Positions 54,645-64,000 of a DNA stretch of 64,000 nucleotides are shown here, piece after piece. Position numbers and translations under genes: made by a program. Every line of letters starts with the position of its first letter. Position 1 is the stretch's first letter. The stretch covers positions 57,536,001-57,600,000 of the forward strand of contig OX597828.1 in NCBI GenBank assembly GCA_951406725.2. Reading direction: 5' to 3'. This DNA comes from Octopus vulgaris. Taxonomy: Eukaryota. The notes below the pieces were generated by a model. It did not search any database. It had not been told where the DNA came from and was given only the letters and a program-made list of their open reading frames with translations.

Positions 54645-55091
54645 AAATGGATAAATTAATTATCTTGTTACGGATTATTCAAAATTTAACCGATACCTGG
54701 GTAGCAAAAATCACAACAGAAAAAACACGGTTGAAGCCACGACCATGGGGTGTCGCCACCGTGCCTTAGCCCGGATAATTGAAGTTTTATATATTTAGTG
54801 AAGGGAAGAAATGGAGCTGAACGAAGATTCTACAGAATTCCTTTTATTATTTTCTACACATGTTTCAAAGGCTGCAAATTTCCAAATGGGCTCCTAGGGA
54901 GCGCTTTGTTCGAATAGCTTGCTGCGCATTTGTTTTGGAGATTTAAATTCCTGGATTTTCCTGAAGAGAAAGCTGCAAAATGGTCTCCTTATTCAATCCG
55001 AATTTGGAAATTTGCAGCCTTTGAAACATGTGTAGAAAATAATAAAAGGAATTCTGTAGAATCTTCGTTCTGCTCCATTTCTTCCCTTCAC

Positions 55092-55142
<51 letters not shown>

Positions 55143-55175
55143 AATTTACTTGTGAGATTTTTGCTACCCTGGTAA
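54643..55175. mobile_element. Fold-back PLE-terminus element, diverged relative of 21898-22501
   Basis: Arms 54789-54887 / 55002-55100; shared tail motifs accgatacctgggtagcaaa and aacacggttgaag; (TA)n flanks. Confidence 0.8.
54955..55040 (+). ncRNA. Type I hammerhead ribozyme motif
   Basis: Stem I attttc/gaaaat; CTGAAGA 54961-54967; stem II gaaagctgcaaa/tttgcagccttt; GAAA 55023-55026; stem III ACATGTGT; GUA triplet ending at 55034. Confidence 0.75.
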
Positions 55176-55863
55176 CTATTTATTTATTTTTTACGTGTTA
55201 ATTGTTAACAAGGTAAAAATACACTCATCTATATATATATATTAAGGAGATGTACTTGCATAGCAAGTGACCTGCGCTGAGATCGTGTGCTGCAACGGAA
55301 ACAATTGCAGCGTGGAAGCCACTTAAGAATATATATGCCAGAATCGTTATTGTGCTGGAAAAACTGCTTAACATCATTTCCTCCGATTACACACTCTGGT
55401 TCGAAGTCCAACTGGCTTTGCCATTCATTGTTTTGGCATCGACGAAATCGATACCAATATTCGTGAACTGAAATCAAATCCTGTATGTTTTCTTATTTCG
55501 TTATCTGAAATCAATTTCAGAGGGGTCGTGCACTGTAAGCACGTAGTAAATACATTCCTTAAATTCAACTTTCTCAAGTAGATATTATATTGCCATTTTT
55601 TAACGTACCAATCATACTTCTCTCCGAAAAATAGCTCTCATTGCTTTTGAATAAAATAAACACGCATAGGGGAACTTACAACGTCTTTTCTCAGTTACCT
55701 CACACTATTTGTGCGGCTGTTCCTGGCAAGAAATTTCGCTTTCATGTAAAACAACTATATTTTATAGTCATTATCTATAATCTGCTCCCAAAACACTTCA
55801 GTAGCTCTACTCTTCACCGCTTGCAAAGTTATGTGTTCTACGATAATTAAAGTGCAACTTGAA

Positions 55864-55891
55864 CCGTCCAAAGAACGGGTGCGTTTGCTAG
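55864..55891 (+). mobile_element. Helitron 3' terminus
   Basis: ccgtccaaagaacgggtgcgtttgCTAG-T, nearly identical to 61960-61987. Confidence 0.6.
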
Positions 55892-55978
<87 letters not shown>

Positions 55979-56254
55979 GCGTGAGAGCATCACACGAGAA
56001 GACAGGGAAAGAAATCCACTAAATAGATACTTACGGATTTAAGCCAAGTATCATTAAAGGAAACAAGTAAGTAAATATGGAAACAGCATGTTGGCAGAAA
56101 CTATAAAGTGTTTTCGGTACGTTTTTCGTGTTTGTAGATGGTTTAAAATATACACAATTTTTTTTTACATGTGGAAGTACACAGAGAATTACGTCGACTT
56201 AAGAAAAGCTTCTCTCTTTTGCATGACTATCCCCCAAACACTCGGATAACTTAC

Positions 56255-56300
56255 TCTTTGAAGAAACGCCAACATGTAAATATATTGAAGTTTCTTCCAA
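56255..56300 (-). CDS. Candidate 46-nt exon
   Basis: Acceptor cactttgttttag, donor gtaagt; no stop in any frame. Confidence 0.35.
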
Positions 56301-56681
56301 CTAAAACAAAGTGTTTCCTCAACTTCACCACAATGTAAGATATTTAGCTGCAAATGGACGGCAGGTGGTGTAATGGCAGAAAAATTGATATGACGGTCAT
56401 TTTAGATAATGAGTTCAATTCTTGCTGAAGCAAACATTCCAAATTGCAATACGCCAAATTAATTAGCAGCTATTTACGTAATAAAATCCATTTGTTGTTC
56501 ACGCACGCTTTATGAATTGGGAGTGCTTTATTAGGATTTGTCATAAATATTTATTCAAATATTAGAAATATACGGAAAATACTATGAACTATAAAGATGT
56601 TTGATATATTTCAAAACAAAAGTGGCCTAATTTTCTGAATTTCTCTGAAAAGGTTTCAATGAAATTATCAAAAAATTTCGC

Positions 56682-56764
56682 ACACATCGCCCGGTCTAAG
56701 ATTCGAACCCGTGATCCCTCGACCGCGAGTCCGCTGCTCTAACCACTAGGCCATGTGCCTCCAC
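56682..56764 (-). mobile_element. SINE family B tRNA-like head only
   Basis: Reverse complement of the 7952 and 41310 heads. Confidence 0.85.
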
Positions 56765-57135
56765 TTCATTCGAATTAGTAGCTCTTAAATTCTGATTCAT
56801 TATTATTTGTATTAAGACATATCTTACGATGTAATGATTTAATAATTTTTCTTGCAGCCTAATAATTACTTGTTACAAAATTTACTCTATTACTATTTAG
56901 CTATTCATAACCACTTTCAAATATCTCATTTACAATTCCTTGTGTTTTCCGTAATATCTAATTTATTCATGTTTCATCAATTAACTTCATTTAAATCATT
57001 ATCACGACTTTGTACTTTCTCTTATATAGTTTTCGATACGCTCGTAAAAATATTACGCTTAAATGGATTTACAAATAGATAAACAGAGCGAGAGAGAGAG
57101 GGGGGGAAGACGGAGATCATGTATTCATGTATGTA

Positions 57136-57322
57136 CGAGGACGTGCTGAAAAGTTCCTGGCTTTGGGTAAAAGAAAGTACAGGGGAATCAGTTAATTATT
57201 ATTTTATTCAACATATTCCCGTCTCAGATTCACCGACTTATTGCAGCCGTCCTTCGGTTTTTCTAAACACTGTAAAAGAACTCGGAATGATGGAACTCCA
57301 GCTTTTTCAGGCAACCAACTCG
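57136..57322 (-). mobile_element. Mariner-derived MITE retaining the transposase C-terminus
   Basis: cgaggacgtgctgaaaagttcctgg / ccagctttttcaggcaaccaactcg with TA flanks; minus strand ..CNKSVNLRREYVE*. Confidence 0.7.
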
Positions 57323-57344
57323 TAGACACACATATATATGTCTC

Positions 57345-57757
57345 AAAAATTTGTCCTACGAAGAAAGGCTGAGGACGCTCGACCTTTATTCTCTTGAAAA
57401 ACGCCGCCGCCGTAGTGATCTCATTCTCGCCCACATCATAAGCGGAAAGTGTAACCTCTCGAAAGAGCTGTTCTTCACTCCTGCTCCAGAGCGTCGGCTG
57501 CGGGGTCATTCCGAAAAGCTCTACCTGCGACGATTTCATCTCAATCGAAGGAGAGGAGCTTTCTCCGTCCGGGTTGCGGATCCATGGAACAAGCTGCCAG
57601 ACGAGATGGTGAAGATGCCGACGACCGCTTTGTTCAAAGCCTCCCTGGATCTCAAGTGGCCTGAACTCCTTACATGAACACCACCCTGTACTTAACTCCA
57701 TGTCCCCCTACATGGCCTTGCTATTTGCTTTTGAGCCAAATTAACTAACTAACTAAC
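57345..57757 (+). mobile_element. 5'-truncated CR1-like LINE 3' end with (TAAC)n tail
   Basis: ORF 57351-57677 SYEERLRTLDLYSLEKRRRRSDLI..LRGHSEKL..FSVRVADPWNKLP..FKASLD; 3' UTR; taactaactaactaac. Confidence 0.92.
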
Positions 57758-57793
57758 ATATGCATAGAGTATGTGTAAATTCATATATGTGAG

Positions 57794-57854
<61 letters not shown>

Positions 57855-57985
57855 GTGTGTGTGTGTGTGTGTGTATGTGTGTGAGTGTGTGCGGGCCTGT
57901 GTGAGTGTGTTTGTCTGTTATTCAAAACAGTTTGATTTGGATTCCTGTAACTCTCAGTATATGTGTTGAGTGTCCTATATTTATA

Positions 57986-58035
<50 letters not shown>

Positions 58036-58036
<1 letters not shown>

Positions 58037-59220
58037 ACCTAATGGAACACTTGGAATTCCTATTCAAACAAGGACAGCGGTTCTCAAATGTAACCAACTT
58101 CACTTGTGCTTCGGCGAATATCATTTATGCTATAACTTGTTAAGGTTGTGGACATTCTGTATGGGACAGACAGGCATGACACTTAGATGGAGAACAACAC
58201 TACATAAGGAACAGATTCGTTTCCCAAGGTACAGATAGATATCTTTGAGTGAACACATAGTGGGATGAGCAGGTAGTATCCTACCAAACTTCACAGTTTT
58301 CCCCATCTACCAGTGCAAAGAAATAATTTTGTTTCAAAAAAATTATTCATCGAAGAATACAGAACACGCCTATATATGAAGGCATAATCAACATTATTCT
58401 CAGTGTATATTTTAATTCATGATCACATACCCATCACTATACTTATTTCCTCTCACTACTTTAACTTTTGAGTTCCTGTATATTTATTTATCCCCCCACC
58501 CCCACCCACAGCAAAAGAAACAATTACCACCCCTGTCCCGAATAATAACGATCACCGACTACCTCTCCTTAGATTTTTCTATTTGTTGATTCACTCACAA
58601 ACATCCTTCGAAGAACAAGGAATAAAATCTTCTTAAGAAGATACGAACTTACTATAATTTCAATGTCATGGTTAGCGAAAGCGAAACCTGGCGACAAACA
58701 GTACTCTTTCACTTATAAAATATATTAAAACTATGTAAACACCGTGCATTTTCCTTTTTTATCTTACATATATATATTTTGCCTTACAGCACATCACGTG
58801 GGGATGATTGAAATACTCCTCTTCCTTGCTCTTACTACTATTCCACACATGGAACGGAAAATGCCACCGAAATTTACTACAAACACACCGGATAAAATTA
58901 TCAACAATGATATATTGAAGAAAATAAAAGAAATTAAATCAAATCTAGCTTTTCTAATTTACAAAACCGATGGGTTAAATTACTGCAACCGAGAAGCAAC
59001 CGAAAATGAAGTGAGGAGACAATTTACAAAGAGGTGAGTCAAAATTTGAACGAGATATGCTCAGCATTGCACTCAATTTTTACAAACAATTTTGAAAACG
59101 AATCATCATCAAAATTCCAAAATCATAATTAAAATATACCAATGTCAGCACATTTAATTAAAAGCTACATTAACCATATTTGTCCCAAAACTAGAAACTT
59201 TTCTGTTTTGGAAAGTGATA
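58036..59220 (+). mobile_element. Penelope-like element remnant: GIY-YIG endonuclease (CxxC, Neptune-like), 3' region and possible ORF start
   Basis: NFTCASANIIYAITC*GCGH / CMGQTGMTLRWRTTLHKEQIRFPRYR*ISLSEHI..FTVFPIYQC with one frameshift; both ends abut (TA)n. Confidence 0.8.
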
Positions 59221-59239
59221 GATAATAATTATAAGGCAG

Positions 59240-59850
<611 letters not shown>

Positions 59851-59854
<4 letters not shown>

Positions 59855-60229
59855 TGTAGAAAACACTGTTTTCCTAATTGTTGAAGGAGGTATATTTCTT
59901 CCGACTCACAGCTATATGAAAATGATGAACACACCATTAATTCTGTCACGCAAACGGCAAATCTAACCAATCACAGAAGAGCTCGAACAATAAAGACAAC
60001 TTAGGGAGGAATTAGCGCTAGAGGAAATGAAAATAGAAATTGAGATACTTAAAGACAGATCATAGAATAACGAATAAAACTATAAACCCATCGATGAAGA
60101 AATGTACACCGAACTCACTAACCATGCTGATGAACAACTTTTGGAAAGTGTTATCAAACTATGGAAAGATAACTGGGAGTCGGAAGAAATATAGTCCCTT
60201 CAACAATTAGGAAAACAGTGTTTTCTACA

Positions 60230-60233
<4 letters not shown>
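59851..60233 (+). mobile_element. Fold-back element with 65-nt arms enclosing a decayed coding fragment (possible PLE ORF N-terminal region)
   Basis: 59851-59915 is the reverse complement of 60169-60233. Internal frame LALEEMKIEIEILKDRS*NNE*NYKPIDEEMY..VIKLWKDNWESEEI*S runs into the right arm. Confidence 0.6.
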
Positions 60234-60308
<75 letters not shown>

Positions 60309-60407
60309 CATATGTATATATATATAATTTATGAATATATATATATATTTATGTATATATACAAATATATATTTATGTATATATATATACATACATAACA
60401 TACATAA

Positions 60408-60438
<31 letters not shown>

Positions 60439-60440
<2 letters not shown>

Positions 60441-60793
60441 AGAGGAAGTCTTAAATTATCCGTACTGTTGTCATATCTTTATTATTGTCACACTGCCTGC
60501 TGTGCATACACGCTCATAGTTGGTACCATTGTGGTCACGTGATAATAGTTTGAGCCCGTTCGCGACATTTTTCTCTGGCTTTATAGTGTAAGCATGGTCG
60601 CTCTACTTGCAATGTGCACCAAAGAAGAACAAAGATCAGTTATCTGAGAGGAGGTAATTTTTAACCGGTTCACCACTACCGTCTTTCGAGCTAGCTGAAT
60701 CTTCTTGTCAGTGATGAAGGGTGACGGGTGTCCTGCTCCCTCTTCCTGCGTCACGCTTCTCCGGCTACTTTTAAACTTCTTGATCCACTCATG
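60439..60793 (+). mobile_element. Mariner 5' end with an inverted internal transposase piece
   Basis: TA-cgagagg.. end; ATG 60594 MVALLAMCTKEEQRSVI*; 60652-60793 minus strand HEWIKKFKSSRRSVTQEEGAGHPS. Confidence 0.75.
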
Positions 60794-60794
60794 A

Positions 60795-61260
60795 TGAATT
60801 TTTACGTATGCAGGAATAGACAACAAAAGTTTTAAACCTAAAGGAAGTTTTGAATCTAAAGAATTTACCCCTGATATGTTTAAATGTCTCATTTGTGTAC
60901 AAGGCCTTACATGGACTTCAAATGAAGATACAGAAATGCAGACAAGAAAACCTCCAAAACTTGAACAAGCGAACAAAGATTTAGTCCAGTAGACTGTTGT
61001 GCAAAAATGTCAAAAGATGGTGAACCTGAGAAACGACGGAAGAAAAATTGAAGAAAAGGATTTCGCAAAAATAAAGATGTGTCGACCGAGAAAATATAAC
61101 GAAAGAAGATTGCTAGGTCCCAATCGATGTTACGGATGTGAAGGCCTTTATTTCAGAAAAGTACGAAGGTTACATGTAAAAATTACTGAAGTGCTCTCAG
61201 CAGAAAGTAAAATCGTCTCCCAAATAAGTACACGTAAAAGTAAACGTTATAGGACCTATA
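60795..61260 (+). mobile_element. Gypsy gag fragment, same family as 10100-13210
   Basis: TYAGI..PDMFKCLICVQGLT..KLEQANK; shared caaaacttgaacaagcgaac and aagaaaaggatttcgcaaaa. Confidence 0.85.
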
Positions 61261-61371
61261 ACTTCATGGATATACAGACCTGCATTCATGCACTCTAGTA
61301 AAAGACGAATTGTGAACTTTATTTTCCTATCTGTATTCTTCTATCTACTTTACTCTTTATTCTACTACTTT

Positions 61372-61987
61372 TCTATATACATAAATGACAATTTCTGTCT
61401 GTTTGTAGCTGAGTGTGTTTGTGAATTTGTTACTTTAAGTCCTCGGAGAAAGATCCAACAGATCTTGATGAAATTTGACACATGTGGGGTGCTTATACAC
61501 ACGCGTTTACTTATGCACTTGGAATTTCAAAAATATCGATGATTTTTAATCAGCAACTATTTTTCAAAAATGAGTAGGACATTTCAATGCAAATTCTCAT
61601 ATGAATGTTATTTTCTGCCATAACTAATAGAGAAACGAAAATAAACTTTGGAAACAGCAACGCCACCATAGGTTACATGCAAACGAAGAACGTGTTTTCA
61701 AAGGAGATAACAAAAGAACATAACGTAATATTTCATATAAAGTAAATATAAGAAGTGAAAAATCCTTCAAGAACCCATAAAATTCCCAGATCCCTACAAA
61801 AATTTCATCATCTGTTCCACGTGTCACTTTCAACTTTTCCTGCAAGTTTCATTAAATACCATTCACGACTTTTTGAGTTATTTTGAACACAGACAGAGAG
61901 ACGGACAAACCAACACCAATGGAAACAACCTCCTTCCTTGGCAGAGGTAATAAATCCCACCGTCCAAAGAACGGGTGCATTTGCTAG
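61372..61987 (+). mobile_element. Non-autonomous Helitron with a nested Helentron/HINE-like element (61790-61953, minus)
   Basis: TC start with ctgtctgt; 3' hairpin + CTAG-T. The nested piece starts ttattacctctgccaaggaaggagg..ctgtctgt..aactcaaaaagt..atgaaactt on the minus strand. Confidence 0.65.
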
Positions 61988-62050
61988 TATGTATATAAAT
62001 ACATGTATATATATACATATTACATATTTATATGAATATATTGGCTTCAA

Positions 62051-62094
<44 letters not shown>

Positions 62095-62156
62095 CACATA
62101 TATTGGTTTCAGTCGTTGGCACAAGGCCAGCAAGTTTAGAGGAGAGTTTAAGTCAA

Positions 62157-62214
<58 letters not shown>

Positions 62215-62220
<6 letters not shown>

Positions 62221-62523
62221 GTAGAGTGAAAAAACGACAGAAGGCTTGAATGTTAAAACATATATATATTTGCGTCAATATGTCTGAAGAATATTAGAAA
62301 ATTTTTAAACAAATTTTTTCCCCCCTATAATGACATAAATTAAAAGATTTAATTTATGTCATTATAAGGGGGGAAAAAAATTTGTTTAAAAAATTTTCTA
62401 ATATTCTTCAGACATATTGACGCAAATATATATATTTTTTAACATTCAAGCCTTCTGTCGTTTTTTCACTCTACTATTTTCTATATATTCACCCACGTGC
62501 TTTCACAAACCAACTTTCTTATC
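62215..62523. repeat. Fold-back with about 130-nt arms, 3-nt loop and short unique tail, between (TA)n runs
   Basis: 62215-62344 is the near reverse complement of 62348-62480. Confidence 0.9.
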
Positions 62524-62554
<31 letters not shown>

Positions 62555-62949
62555 GACATAATCGTTCCTGCGCATGAAGAACTGTGTATATTTCTAGGTC
62601 TTTTTATCATGGTTTATATATCTGAAACTAATTAACTACCAAATATATTTTACACAAAACTATAACGTATCATTATCTAACCAACTCCATCTGGTCCCAT
62701 ATGCTCATAAACAGGACTAATAGAATGCCGTCGTTGTTTTATAATTGTAGTAGACGTGTACTACCCAAAATTGGGTACAAACATATTAAAAGAGATAAAA
62801 TAAATGTCAAAATAATTGTTCTTTCTTTTTGCGTCGTATTCGTACATTACGCAACTTCTTGATTCTGTGAAACAAACGGTTAACTGCTTGTGGATTTTTG
62901 TTTTCTTTTTGACAACAAAACAAATAACCGTTGTTTTGTGCGGAATCAA

Positions 62950-63086
62950 GGTTGCCTCTCAACAATATGATCCCTGTTTCAGTCCTACTGTGTGGCAACT
63001 TGGGAAGGTGCCTTCTACTGTACCCATGGTCGACCTAATTCTTGCGAGTAGATTTGGTAGACGGAAGCTGAAAGAAGCCCGTCGTA
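62950..63086 (+). mobile_element. SINE family A 5' half, degenerate
   Basis: ttcagtcctactgtgtggcaacttggg..gatttggtagacggaagctgaaagaagcccgtcgta. Confidence 0.8.
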
Positions 63087-63407
63087 GATAGAAATGTAGA
63101 TAGATAGATAGACAGATTGTTTACAAGTTACGACATTAATTGATAGTGATGAAAGGGAGTAAATGAAAGATGAGTGAATGAATATGGCCGAAGACGAACG
63201 GAAATTAAAAAAAGAAACTCTAGTAAATTACATCATTAAATAATTATGCTGTACCACTATTAGTCTGATCTTCACACAGTAGGTAAAATCTGAATATTTC
63301 GAAAACAGGTACTATTTATTTAAAAATATCTCTAGTAATTAAAAATTTCACTTTAGTGTGGTTGAATAGTAGAGAAATATTCAGTGAATATTAGACGTTT
63401 AACTTAC

Positions 63408-63687
63408 CCACGATATGAAATCCCGACATACCATCGGAGATTATATTTTGAATATTCGCGAAACGGAATTCTAATATAATTTGATTGAGGAAACCGTAAC
63501 GGAATAATGTGTTATTAATCAAAGATAAGTAGCTATTGAGCAAGAACTTAAAGCAGAATGGATATACCTCGCGAAAAGGGAACAAATTTGAAAGTCCTAG
63601 AATGTGAACTTTGCGCCTATCAAGCGAACGTCCATCAGCAAATATCCTAATGTATATGATATACATAAAGGTATCAAAGGAACTCAT
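63408..63687 (-). CDS. Candidate upstream coding exon (93 open codons from ATG) of the minus-strand gene
   Basis: Non-repetitive ORF MSSFDTF..SGFHIV ending at a gtaagt donor in phase 1. Confidence 0.35.
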
Positions 63688-63855
63688 AGGCCTGACCAGC
63701 GGCGAATTTTAATCATACTAGGAGAAAGTAAACTTAGAGATATTCGATAATAAAATAATAGTCTACTAATGAATTGAATTTATGTAGCAGCAACCGATAA
63801 ATTGTCTTCCTTAGTATAAAATATCTGAATTTAATGCAGTCTCCTGCATGAATGA

Positions 63856-64000
63856 TGGCACTCCGTCGGTTACGACGACGAGTGTTCCAGTTGATTCGAT
63901 CAACGGAACAAACTGCTCGTGAAATTAACGTGCAGGTGGCTGAACACTCCACAGACACGTGTACCCTTAACGTAGTTCTCGGGGGGATTCAGCGTGACAC
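63856..64000. repeat. Probable interspersed repeat running off the window
   Basis: GC-richer block tggcactccgtcggttacgacgacgag.. recalled as an octopus repeat; single copy here, so not verifiable in-window. Confidence 0.4.

Noticed and set aside
62283-62305. CTGAAGA..GAAA inside the 62215 palindrome
   Set aside because: No convincing stems I-III.

Overview
AT-rich, microsatellite-dense eukaryotic DNA. The SINE and repeat families look like those of an octopus (coleoid cephalopod); this is an inference. Most entries in the ORF track are translations of (TA)n/(TG)n/(TACA)n/(GATA)n and are not genes. Real content includes three SINE families, decayed mariner/Tc1/maT/Tigger/hAT DNA transposons and MITEs, non-autonomous Helitrons, CR1-like LINE pieces and a Gypsy element lacking RT. 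It also includes many pieces of Penelope-like elements (PLEs): two GIY-YIG endonuclease remnants and several 3' ends. The most striking signal is a recurring set of fold-back (inverted-repeat) elements that always abut (TA)n runs. Two of them (21898-22501, 54643-55175) are diverged relatives carrying a type I hammerhead ribozyme with a palindromic stem III, an unusually long stem II and a second conserved stem-loop downstream. The fold-back places the antisense of the ribozyme upstream of it. I also see a chain of small minus-strand exons with good splice sites (63.7 kb to 5.1 kb) in which two reading frames stay open together. All alignments and folds were done by eye; no searches were run.
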